This document shows, in pieces, positions 9,333 through 18,068 of a stretch of DNA of 64,000 nucleotides. The notes beneath the pieces are model-generated. The model ran no database searches. It saw nothing but the letters and a program-made list of their open reading frames with translations, and was not told the DNA's origin. This DNA is from a virus (taxonomy: Duplodnaviria; Caudoviricetes): the IMG/VR virus record IMGVR_UViG_3300018495_000013, positions 62 to 64,061 of that record; one strand, written 5' to 3'. Position 1 is the stretch's first letter. Every line of letters begins with the position of its first letter. The position numbers and the translations under genes are program-made.

Positions 9333-9518
9333 ATGTACGAATTGTATGAAGGCAAAACAATAAGCACAAATGATATTGTAGTTGGACTATTAGATAAAGA
9401 TGAGCAAGGAAACTCATATATAATAGAAACATACGATGAGCAGTTAAGTTGGGAAGTGTATCCCGAAAGTATTAGAAAAATCAAAGGAGTAAAAAATGAA
9501 AACACTAGCAGAACTTAA
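9333..9518 (+). CDS. Hypothetical protein (possible YopX-like fragment)
   Basis: VVGLL...YII....WEVYPESIRK resembles the YopX N-terminus. Confidence 0.55.
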   Translation: MYELYEGKTISTNDIVVGLLDKDEQGNSYIIETYDEQLSWEVYPESIRKIKGVKNENTSRT

Positions 9519-9981
9519 AAGAGAAGTAAACAAAGGCAATTTATATTTTGAAATGGTTTATAGGTACGGAGAAGAAATCCCTGAAAGGTTCAAGGGCATA
9601 CGCAGGGGAGTGAGAGCAAATAGTGTTGCTATTTACATTGAAACGCAAGACGGCAAGCAAAGTGAGTTACGAACACCATACGCAAGCCTTATGGAGTATG
9701 ACGGCAACAGGCTTGTTATATATCAAGCAGGGCAAAGAGATTTAACGGAGCAAGAGCAAGCAGTGTTAAACAGCTTTAAAACCGCCGAAAGCGAATACTA
9801 TAAGGCAAACCCCTACGGAGATTACTTTTGGCAAAAACAAGCCTATTTTAAGAGCCACAAAGAGTTTTATCACCTTGCTGGCTGGGAAAGTCATAACGGC
9901 AAGTATTATCGAAACGGCAAAGTAACAGATTCTGCAATCAAGGGTGAAAAGATATTAGAATATAAAATTACAAGACAATAG
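9496..9981 (+). CDS. Hypothetical protein
   Basis: SD-led 161 aa ORF. Confidence 0.75.
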   Translation: MKTLAELKREVNKGNLYFEMVYRYGEEIPERFKGIRRGVRANSVAIYIETQDGKQSELRTPYASLMEYDGNRLVIYQAGQRDLTEQEQAVLNSFKTAESEYYKANPYGDYFWQKQAYFKSHKEFYHLAGWESHNGKYYRNGKVTDSAIKGEKILEYKITRQ

Positions 9982-9989
9982 GAGTTGCG

Positions 9990-10280
9990 ATGATAAACGA
10001 ATACAAAAAGCATTTAAGACAAAAGGCAAAAACAACGGCACAAGAAATTGCAAGTGCGTTTAAAATCCCAGAAGAAGAAAAGATACATCAACTGGAAGAA
10101 AACAACTATAAAGCCAAAATTAAAACATTAAACTTGCTGTTGCAAAATGGTTTAATTGTGGAAAATAATCAAACTATAAAAATCAATGCAATTACTAAAA
10201 TAGACGATAAGTTTTATTTTGTAACAAGCAAAGGTTTTTACGAATGCGATTCTATAATATCAAGAAGAAAGTTTTTTTAA
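9990..10280 (+). CDS. Hypothetical protein
   Basis: SD-led ORF. Confidence 0.65.
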   Translation: MINEYKKHLRQKAKTTAQEIASAFKIPEEEKIHQLEENNYKAKIKTLNLLLQNGLIVENNQTIKINAITKIDDKFYFVTSKGFYECDSIISRRKFF

Positions 10281-10294
10281 GGGGGGAAATTACT

Positions 10295-10975
10295 ATGGAA
10301 ATAAAGGCAATAGAAAGAGCATTGGCACTATGCAGAGATGTCAAAATTGAAGAAGCAATCAAACTACTAGAGTATGAACGCAGACTAGAAATAATGAAGT
10401 CCAAAAACGTAAAGCCCAATTTTTTAAAGTCGGTTAAGAAGTTTATTGAGCAAAAAACATATAACGAAAAGTTAGGATATGTACAGCACGACAAGAACGA
10501 TGATTGTCAATTTATATGCGATGGTTATACCTATATTAAATTCTATTCACATAGGGAAGAATTGGATAGTCTACCCAACCTAGCAAAAGAAGCAAGCATA
10601 GATATGACTTTCCTACAACAAAAGCCTTATGAATTACAAGAAATAAAAATTAGCGATACCGATAAGCAAGTTATCAAGAATATTAAAAAATATATAGATT
10701 TGCACAAAAAAGGAGAAGAAAAAGTCAATGGGCATAAAGTAATAAAACTATTTGATTCTTATTGGGATGCTGATTTCTTAAAGGCACTTTTTGATATTAT
10801 CGGTTACGACCAAGAGTTTGTTTATAAAGAAAAGGGCAGAGCCTATTCTGGAATACACTTTTATGATAGCGAAAGCGAGAGCGTAATATTGCCTATAAGA
10901 CTAGAAAGCATAGATTACCAAGAAAATATAACCAACTACTACAATGAGTTTGTAGAACTACTAAACAATAAATAG
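10295..10975 (+). CDS. Hypothetical protein, possibly with a sliding-clamp (DnaN)-like C-terminal fold
   Basis: ICDGY and YWDADFLKALFD...VILPIR recall beta-clamp motifs. Confidence 0.45.
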   Translation: MEIKAIERALALCRDVKIEEAIKLLEYERRLEIMKSKNVKPNFLKSVKKFIEQKTYNEKLGYVQHDKNDDCQFICDGYTYIKFYSHREELDSLPNLAKEASIDMTFLQQKPYELQEIKISDTDKQVIKNIKKYIDLHKKGEEKVNGHKVIKLFDSYWDADFLKALFDIIGYDQEFVYKEKGRAYSGIHFYDSESESVILPIRLESIDYQENITNYYNEFVELLNNK

Positions 10976-10985
10976 GAGAAGAATT

Positions 10986-11300
10986 ATGGAAAAGAAAGAC
11001 CTTAAAAAAATCGTAGCACTAAAAGACCTTAAAAAAATCGAAGAAGAAGTAGTTAAGGCAGGATATACCCTTGCCAAAAAGATTAAAAAAGCAGGCGAAG
11101 TTGGATTAGTAGAATTATTCCAAGCAGACGAAGTTTGCGTATCGCCAAATGTAAGAACGATAGAAAAGTATTTCCAAATTGCAATATATGACAATGTAAA
11201 AGGCGGAGAAAAATGGGAATGGCTAGTTGTGTTTGAAGAAAAGAAATTTAATCAAAGCAGAATACCTAGTGCAATCAAGATTTATGTAAAAGAGAAATAA
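10986..11300 (+). CDS. Hypothetical protein
   Basis: SD-led ORF. Confidence 0.65.
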   Translation: MEKKDLKKIVALKDLKKIEEEVVKAGYTLAKKIKKAGEVGLVELFQADEVCVSPNVRTIEKYFQIAIYDNVKGGEKWEWLVVFEEKKFNQSRIPSAIKIYVKEK

Positions 11301-11317
11301 AAATTTTAAAAATGGTA

Positions 11318-11347
11318 TTGACAACGGCGTAGCGATTTTGCTATAAT
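11318..11347 (+). promoter_or_regulatory. Sigma70-type promoter with extended -10
   Basis: TTGACA-N15-TGc-TATAAT; inverted copy TTGTCAA at 11349-11355. Confidence 0.8.
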
Positions 11348-11372
11348 GTTGTCAACACCACAAGGAGAGATT

Positions 11373-11906
11373 ATGAACGAATATACCGCAAGATTCAAAG
11401 TATTACAAAGAATAAATGACACCGACTATTCTGTTGCTTGTAAAAGAAGAAGTGGAGTAGAAGATATGCTCATATTAAGAACTAACGCAAATTTAATTGT
11501 AGGCAAAAACTATGAAACTAAAAATGCAGAAATGCTTGCAGAAAATTACTTTGATAAAGAAAAGAGTAAGATAAGAATAAAAACATTTATCAAATCATAC
11601 GACCTACAAGAAACGAGCGAGCCAAACAACATAAATATTGGCACTATTGATTGTTATGTTTGCGATGTTAAGCAATCAAGAAAAACGCCTTTTGGAAAGA
11701 CGATTACCGAATTCAAAGTAGCATACAATGAAAGCAACGGCAAATCATCATACATTCATTGCATTGCATTTACAAGAGTAAAATTTAAAATGGGCGAGAA
11801 AATAAGATTGTTTGGCAAACTACAATCAAGAGATTATATAAATTCACAAGGCGAAAATGGACGAGTAAATGAGTTTGTAGTAATACATATCAGCAATTTA
11901 GATTAA
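11373..11906 (+). CDS. ssb: Single-stranded DNA-binding protein (tandem OB type)
   Basis: YIHCIAF...GEKIRLFGKLQSRDY motif. Confidence 0.7.
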   Translation: MNEYTARFKVLQRINDTDYSVACKRRSGVEDMLILRTNANLIVGKNYETKNAEMLAENYFDKEKSKIRIKTFIKSYDLQETSEPNNINIGTIDCYVCDVKQSRKTPFGKTITEFKVAYNESNGKSSYIHCIAFTRVKFKMGEKIRLFGKLQSRDYINSQGENGRVNEFVVIHISNLD

Positions 11907-12014
11907 GGGGGAAATTACTATGGCACGCAAAAAAAGAAGTAAAAAAAGCAATATTGGAAACGCACTAGGTAGCGCATTTTTGTATTGGCTTATGGGCAAA
12001 TAGGTAGGTGAAAT

Positions 12015-12326
12015 ATGAGAAAGACAAATATAAGACCACCTTGTAAGACAGAAAGAGCAATATTAGAATTATATGAGATGGGAATCACTAACCCATACGA
12101 AATTGCAGAAATTACAAACTATGCTCTTTCAACGATACAATCTTCAATATCAAAATATACAGATAAAAGAAGCAAGCCAAAGCATAATTACAAGCCACCA
12201 AAGAAGCAAACGCAAGAGATTATACAAGAGTTAAAGAAGGGGCGCAGACTTGTAGATATAGCCAAAGAATACGGCATAACAAGACAAAGAGTTTATGGAA
12301 TTAAAAAAAATTGGATAGAAGATTAA
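12015..12326 (+). CDS. Double helix-turn-helix DNA-binding protein
   Basis: EIAEITNYALSTIQSSI and DIAKEYGITRQRVYGI HTH patterns. Confidence 0.75.
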   Translation: MRKTNIRPPCKTERAILELYEMGITNPYEIAEITNYALSTIQSSISKYTDKRSKPKHNYKPPKKQTQEIIQELKKGRRLVDIAKEYGITRQRVYGIKKNWIED

Positions 12327-12337
12327 GGAGAACGAAA

Positions 12338-12748
12338 ATGAGTGATTATAAGCGATTAACCGAAAGAAGTGGTAACGGTATTGCAATAAAAGATACATCT
12401 ACAAATGACAATAAGTCAATATGGAACGCAATAGAACGCCTTGCCGAGTTGGAAGATAAGATTGAAAACAAAACTCTAATTGACCTACCTTGTAAGGTTG
12501 GGGATACCGTGTATATTGCTGGGACGTGGGATATGTATATTAAAAAAGTAGTTAAAGGAGTGGTTAGTGCAATAGAATATATCGTAAACACAAAAGGATA
12601 TTATCATCGCATATATGTAGACCACCCATATATTCGTTCAAGAACAAATCCCAATGTCGTTAAAAACAGATATATATTTACCATAGACGAAGTATCCCTA
12701 ACCAAACCCGAAGCCGAAGCGAAATTGAGAGAGTTAAAGGGGGAATAG
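12338..12748 (+). CDS. Phage protein, paralog A1
   Basis: RLAELEDKIEN..LPCKVGD..LTKPEAEAKLREL shared with 21690-22118. Confidence 0.8.
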   Translation: MSDYKRLTERSGNGIAIKDTSTNDNKSIWNAIERLAELEDKIENKTLIDLPCKVGDTVYIAGTWDMYIKKVVKGVVSAIEYIVNTKGYYHRIYVDHPYIRSRTNPNVVKNRYIFTIDEVSLTKPEAEAKLRELKGE

Positions 12749-12997
12749 ATGGTTATGAAATTTTATATAGAAAGAACAAGTCAATGGGATTATTCAAGAC
12801 CTTGTGATAGTGCTTTTCGTGAGATTGTAGATGACGAAGTAAGGTGGTTTGTTTCAATATCTTGTATTGATGATTTGAAAAAATTGCAAAAAGAAGTTGG
12901 TAGCAAACTGATAATAGACTTCAACGGATATTTTTTTGTAAATGGAAAAGAAGTTAAAAGTCCAACTATTGAAATATACGATTGGTATAGAGAATAA
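12749..12997 (+). CDS. Hypothetical protein
   Basis: In operon; ends IEIYDWYRE. Confidence 0.7.
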   Translation: MVMKFYIERTSQWDYSRPCDSAFREIVDDEVRWFVSISCIDDLKKLQKEVGSKLIIDFNGYFFVNGKEVKSPTIEIYDWYRE

Positions 12998-13008
12998 GGA
13001 GAACAACA

Positions 13009-13428
13009 ATGAACGATAAACCAGACCAAATAGAAAAAATGGCTGCCATTCTATGCGAAAGCAAAGCCCATAACTGCAACGGAGAAGATTGCAAGTGTAT
13101 CAAACAAGCAACGGCACTTTACAACGCAAATTGCCGAATATTAGACAAAGGCTCAAAAATTATTAGCAACAAGAAGTTACTCGAAATAGCCGATGACTAT
13201 ACCGAAATGGCAAAATTCCGCACTAAAATAAACACTAAAATAAACAAAATCAAAAAACAAAAACAAATACTAGAAAAAGCACTTGAATACTTTGCTATAA
13301 CGTACGGATTCACGTTAAGAAGAAATAGATGCGACAACGAAATTGAATATTCTTGTAATGGATACGTTATAGACGAAGATACTGTGAGAATATTAGTTCA
13401 AGCCAAAAAGTTAATCGATGGAGAGTGA
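13009..13428 (+). CDS. Phage protein, paralog family B
   Basis: MND..QIE.MA N-terminus shared with 13433 and 22567 ORFs. Confidence 0.7.
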   Translation: MNDKPDQIEKMAAILCESKAHNCNGEDCKCIKQATALYNANCRILDKGSKIISNKKLLEIADDYTEMAKFRTKINTKINKIKKQKQILEKALEYFAITYGFTLRRNRCDNEIEYSCNGYVIDEDTVRILVQAKKLIDGE

Positions 13429-13432
13429 TATT

Positions 13433-13831
13433 ATGAACGATAAAGAAAAACAAACTGAAATACTATTATTGACAGAAGCCATATATGAATCAGGACACGG
13501 ATTAGATTGGGAAGATTGTAAAGACATAGCCCTGCAATTAAACTTTTTAGATTACCGAAAGACACCCAAAGGCTCGGTGGTATTAGACCGATACGATGCA
13601 CAAAAATATTATGCTTATAAGATAATTGAGCCACAAATTAAAGGCTGTTTGGATAGAGAATTGGCATTAGAAAAACAACTCAAAGAAGCCCACAATCAAG
13701 CAGTTAAAGATTTTGTAAATGATTTGATAGACCTTATTCACAACGAAACATTTAGAAAGGGCTACGAACTTGCAAAGGTAGAAAGTAGAGCAAGAGAAAT
13801 AGCAAAAAATAAGTATGGAGTTAAGTTATAG
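13433..13831 (+). CDS. Phage protein, paralog family B
   Basis: YRK...GSVVL and QAVKDF motifs shared with 22567-22935. Confidence 0.7.
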   Translation: MNDKEKQTEILLLTEAIYESGHGLDWEDCKDIALQLNFLDYRKTPKGSVVLDRYDAQKYYAYKIIEPQIKGCLDRELALEKQLKEAHNQAVKDFVNDLIDLIHNETFRKGYELAKVESRAREIAKNKYGVKL

Positions 13832-13874
13832 ATATGCAAAAATATGCAAAAATATGCAAAAGGAGAAACAAGAA

Positions 13875-14024
13875 ATGAGTAAATGTAAATATTGCAAGTG
13901 GTATAAAGAAAACGGCTATTGGGAAAGCGAATGTACCAATGAAGATTGCGAGTATTGTGGCGAACATTGTGTTGAGAAAGACCGAAAAGAGCCAAGTGAG
14001 TGCGATTACAAGGAGAGCGAGTAA
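13875..14024 (+). CDS. Small Cys-rich protein
   Basis: CxxC and CxxxxCxxC...C; SD before ATG 13875. Confidence 0.65.
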   Translation: MSKCKYCKWYKENGYWESECTNEDCEYCGEHCVEKDRKEPSECDYKESE

Positions 14025-14025
14025 A

Positions 14026-14382
14026 ATGGGAAACACACCTTATACCGAAAAAGAGCAAGAGATACTTCACAAGATAGACGAACTTCAAAAAGAGTTGGCT
14101 ATATTGCGTAAGAGAGAGTTCTTGGACTTTGCTAAATTGAGAGATATATCACAATATGGCTTTGAGTGTGTAGAAAAAGACTTGCGAAAGATAGCACTAT
14201 CTATACACAAAATAGACAATTATAGATATAATATACATAGTCAAAGAATTATAGAAGTGAAGAACTATGGTAGACCTAAAGTGGGCGACCATACGCAAGA
14301 GCAAATTAAAGAAAGCAATGAACTACTGCAAGAGATATTAGATATTTACTGCAAAAAAGTAAAAGAGAAATTAAAACTATAA
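14026..14382 (+). CDS. Hypothetical protein
   Basis: AGGAG SD before ATG 14026. Confidence 0.7.
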   Translation: MGNTPYTEKEQEILHKIDELQKELAILRKREFLDFAKLRDISQYGFECVEKDLRKIALSIHKIDNYRYNIHSQRIIEVKNYGRPKVGDHTQEQIKESNELLQEILDIYCKKVKEKLKL

Positions 14383-14571
14383 GTAGGAGAAAATAACAAT
14401 GGCAATAGCATTATTGAAAGCTCACCTGACAAAGCGAGATGCAAAAGTATTATTAACTGCGCTCAAAAAATACGAAAAGAGCGATAATATATCCGAAACA
14501 AATCGTTATACTGCTCAAGATTTAATAAAGCTTATTACGAACCAAACTAAAGACATATTGGATAGTAAATA

Positions 14572-15012
14572 ATGGGTAATCAAATCAAAAGTAAGAAACG
14601 AGTAAAAGACTTTGCCGAGGTATTTACCAATGAACGAGAAGTCAAAGCAATGTGCGACCTTATTCCACAAGATGTTTGGGAAAACATAGAAAGCACTTTT
14701 TTAGAGCCGACCTGTGGAAATGGTAACTTCCTTGTTGAGATATACGGAAGAAAGTTAAACTATTGTAAGGACGAAAAAGACGGACTAAAAGCACTTGCAA
14801 GCATAGTCGCAATAGATATTCAATTAGACAATATTTTAGAAAGTAGGCAACGATTAAAAGATATGTATAAAACAAAGTATCCTAATGCAAATCAATTTTG
14901 TTTAATGATGTTGGAGCAAATATTGTGTAATAACATATTTCAAGCCGATAGCCTAAAACAAATGCAAGAATGGATAGAAGAAAACGAGCCAAAACAATTA
15001 AGTATATTTTAA
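14572..15012 (+). CDS. Short N6-adenine MTase-like protein (SAM-binding half only)
   Basis: AEVFT and FLEPTCGNGNFL (motif I); ends before any NPPY motif. Confidence 0.75.
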   Translation: MGNQIKSKKRVKDFAEVFTNEREVKAMCDLIPQDVWENIESTFLEPTCGNGNFLVEIYGRKLNYCKDEKDGLKALASIVAIDIQLDNILESRQRLKDMYKTKYPNANQFCLMMLEQILCNNIFQADSLKQMQEWIEENEPKQLSIF

Positions 15013-15025
15013 GGAGAAAACAACT

Positions 15026-15253
15026 ATGGAAAACATTAACAACAAAGCAAACGAATTAAAAGTAAAAGTATTAGAAATCATTGACAAAAAATTGCAAAAC
15101 GAAAACATTGATATAAATGAATTAAGAAATTGCGTGGAATGTATCAATGCAATTCAAAAAGACGAAATGGCATATTGGAAAAATATCGCAAGCACCTTTG
15201 GAGCATTTAATGGCATAGAAACCAAATCACAAGATAAAAAGGAGTTAGTATGA
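15026..15253 (+). CDS. Hypothetical protein
   Basis: SD-led ORF. Confidence 0.65.
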   Translation: MENINNKANELKVKVLEIIDKKLQNENIDINELRNCVECINAIQKDEMAYWKNIASTFGAFNGIETKSQDKKELV

Positions 15254-15371
15254 AAGACAAAATTGACACGCTAAAGAAATGGTTTAAGCCATATTGCACA
15301 AAGACAAACATATTCGTGCTAATCGCAAGTTTGATATTTATCGCACTTGTAGTTCTTATGGGGGTTCTTGT

Positions 15372-15629
15372 ATGGTAAATTATAAACCTTTGGTTATATT
15401 AAGAATAATATTAGAACTACTAGAAATACCAATACTCATTTGTGGCGTTATTATGGCATTGGTGTTTGGAATTACCGAAAGTTACGAGTTGCTTGACGTA
15501 TTGTATAAGGTAGGTTTTATCGTTCTACTATCCCATCTAGGCTTAACCATAATTGTAAGTCGTATTCATAATACACTTATAAATAGAATGATTGAAAATT
15601 TACACGCAAATGAAGATTTTGACGAATAA
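15372..15629 (+). CDS. Small 2-TM membrane protein
   Basis: Two hydrophobic segments; start reassigned to the overlapping ATG 15372. Confidence 0.55.
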   Translation: MVNYKPLVILRIILELLEIPILICGVIMALVFGITESYELLDVLYKVGFIVLLSHLGLTIIVSRIHNTLINRMIENLHANEDFDE

Positions 15630-15632
15630 TGC

Positions 15633-15785
15633 TTGACAATTAAATCACAATATATTATAATAAATATACTTAATGATTTGATTGAGTTGTGTGGCAGACT
15701 TCTCGGTCAATAAACCAACTTAATCAAACGAGCATTAGGCATTTTCTCAAAGGTACTGCCACTACCGATGGGAAAGTGCTTTTTG
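15633..15785 (+). promoter_or_regulatory. Sigma70 promoter plus kissing-loop attenuator leader, copy 1
   Basis: TTGACA-N17-TATAAT (15633-15661); hairpin loop GTGGCAG complementary to CTGCCAC inside a terminator hairpin. Confidence 0.65.
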
Positions 15786-15803
15786 TTTAGAAAGGAGTAA
15801 ATA

Positions 15804-16901
15804 ATGCAAGAATTATCACTATTTGATTTTTTAGACAATGCAGAAGATTATAAGCCAATTAAGGCAACCGATTGGAAATGGACTATGGCTAACGATTATC
15901 CACCTAAAAATGGCTTAAAGGTATTCTCTACTTTCGCTTGTGGGGGTGGCTCTACTATGGGTTACAAACTTGCTGGTTGCGAAGTGTTAGGTTGTGTTGA
16001 AATTGACAAGAGAATGAACGATGTTTACGTCAAAAACCATAATCCAAAGTATAACTACTTAATGGATATTAGAGAGTTTAATAAACTTGAAAATTTACCA
16101 AAAGAATTGTATAATCTTGATATATTTGACACAAGTCCACCTTGCACTACATTTAGCATTGCTGGTGATAGAGAAGAAAGTTGGGGTAAGAAAAAGAAGT
16201 TCGCCGAAGGACAAGCCGAACAAACCCTTGACGATTTAGCATTTGTTGCAATAGACACCGTTGCAAAGTTAAGACCAAAGGTTGTAATTATGGAAAATGT
16301 TGAAGGTCTTATGCTTGGTAATGCTTGGCAATATGTTCAAAAGATATATACTCAATTTCACTCAATAGGTTATCAAGTAAAGCATTGGTTGTTAAAGGGT
16401 GAGAATATGGGTGTGCCACAAAAAAGGCATAGAGTTTTCTTTATAGCAACAAGACTTGATTTTGACCTTGATAAAATTGATATGGGGTTTAATTATGAGC
16501 CTATTTCCTTTAGAGAAATAAAACAAGGCGTTGGGAAAAACCCAACAGATAAAGCACTTATATTGTTAAATGCCGCTACTGAAACAGACTCAAATCTTGA
16601 AAACGCACATCAAAGAGTATATGGGAAAAAGGGGTGGTTTACTCACGTTTTATGCAAAGACAATGATATAATGCCAACCATTGTTGCAGGTCATAATTGT
16701 ATGTGGAGATATACAGAGAAAACGCATTGCTCAAACAATGATTTCATAAACGGTGGTACATTCCCACAAGATTATGATTTTAACAACAAAGATGTGTCCT
16801 ACATTGTTGGAATGTCTGTACCACCAATTATGATGAAGCGAGTAGTAACAAGGCTAATTGAAAGTGGAATATTTGAAAAAACACTTGACAACCAACTATA
16901 A
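15804..16901 (+). CDS. DNA cytosine-5 methyltransferase
   Basis: Motif I FACGGG, catalytic SPPC, ENV, PQKRHRVF, GMSVPP. Confidence 0.92.
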   Translation: MQELSLFDFLDNAEDYKPIKATDWKWTMANDYPPKNGLKVFSTFACGGGSTMGYKLAGCEVLGCVEIDKRMNDVYVKNHNPKYNYLMDIREFNKLENLPKELYNLDIFDTSPPCTTFSIAGDREESWGKKKKFAEGQAEQTLDDLAFVAIDTVAKLRPKVVIMENVEGLMLGNAWQYVQKIYTQFHSIGYQVKHWLLKGENMGVPQKRHRVFFIATRLDFDLDKIDMGFNYEPISFREIKQGVGKNPTDKALILLNAATETDSNLENAHQRVYGKKGWFTHVLCKDNDIMPTIVAGHNCMWRYTEKTHCSNNDFINGGTFPQDYDFNNKDVSYIVGMSVPPIMMKRVVTRLIESGIFEKTLDNQL

Positions 16902-17021
16902 GTAATGTATAATGTACTTGTTAGTTGGTGCCAGACAATTAGCAAATACAATATTATTATAAGTTAATACCCCCTCACTATTGAAAGTTGCTGGCACAAC
17001 GAGTAGATAGTGGGGGTTTTT
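16885..17021 (+). promoter_or_regulatory. Sigma70 promoter plus kissing-loop attenuator leader, copy 2
   Basis: TTGACA-N17-TATAAT (16885-16913); loop GTGCCAG complementary to CTGGCAC inside a terminator hairpin. Confidence 0.65.
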
Positions 17022-17036
17022 ATATAAGGAGAACTT

Positions 17037-18056
17037 ATGAGTGAGAAAGACAAGAAGTTTTATTGGTTAAAACTTAAAAGCGAGTTTATGAATGGCGATG
17101 TAGTAGACTTTCTTATGAGCCAAAAGAATGGTGCTAATTATGTTGTTTTATATCAAATGCTTTGTATGAAAACAATAAATACTCAAGGCGAACTTGCAAC
17201 CAAGATAGGCGATGTTTTAATACCTTTTAACATTGACAAAATACAAAGAGAGTGTAAGTGGTTTGATGTAGATACTATTCGTGTTGCTATGGAAATGTAT
17301 CGTCAACTTGGACTTCTTTATGAACAAGAAAATGGTATTATTAAAATATCCAATTTCCAAGAAATGGTAGGTAGTGAAACTTATTGGGCTAAACAAAAAA
17401 GAATAGAAAGAAATGAACAAAAGGAATTATTAAATAGTGGTTTTGGACAAAAGTTGGAAAATGTCCAAAAACCTCTTATATCTAAATCTAATAATCTTTT
17501 ATCTAATAATAAAGAATATAATAATTTTAGTGATAGAATAAAAGAAGGAATACAAACTTGGATTACTTATAAAAGAGAAAAAGGGCAAACAAAAGCAAAT
17601 GGTAGTATGTTGCCACACTATAACACAATGGAACTTGAAGAAATAAAAAAACTACCGATACAAAACATTTGTGAAGAAAAGTGCATATTGTTTTTGTGGG
17701 TAACATTTCCTACAATAGAGCAAGCCTTTGAAGTAATTAAAGCGTGGGGGTTCACTTATAAAACTTGTGCTTTTTGTTGGGTAAAACAAAACCCTAAAAG
17801 CGATGGTATTTATAGCGGTATGGGGCATTGGACTAATCAAAATGCAGAGTTATGTTTGCTTGCTACAAAAAAGAAATTTCCCAAAAGAATTGCGAGAAAT
17901 GTAAAACAAATAGTATTAGCGCATAGACAAAATCATAGTAAAAAACCCGACTCTATAAGAGATGATATTGAAAGATTGGTTGGCGATTTACCACGCATAG
18001 AACTATTCGCAAGACAACACGCAGATGGTTGGGATTGTTGGGGGAATGAAGTTTAA
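17037..18056 (+). CDS. Chimera: phage replisome-organizer N-terminal domain fused to an MT-A70 methyltransferase lacking DPPW
   Basis: KKFYWLKLK...YVVLYQMLC N-terminus; HYNTM..LFLWVT..WGF.YKT..HSKKP..IELFAR C-terminus. Confidence 0.8.
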   Translation: MSEKDKKFYWLKLKSEFMNGDVVDFLMSQKNGANYVVLYQMLCMKTINTQGELATKIGDVLIPFNIDKIQRECKWFDVDTIRVAMEMYRQLGLLYEQENGIIKISNFQEMVGSETYWAKQKRIERNEQKELLNSGFGQKLENVQKPLISKSNNLLSNNKEYNNFSDRIKEGIQTWITYKREKGQTKANGSMLPHYNTMELEEIKKLPIQNICEEKCILFLWVTFPTIEQAFEVIKAWGFTYKTCAFCWVKQNPKSDGIYSGMGHWTNQNAELCLLATKKKFPKRIARNVKQIVLAHRQNHSKKPDSIRDDIERLVGDLPRIELFARQHADGWDCWGNEV

Positions 18057-18068
18057 GGAGAGTATAAT

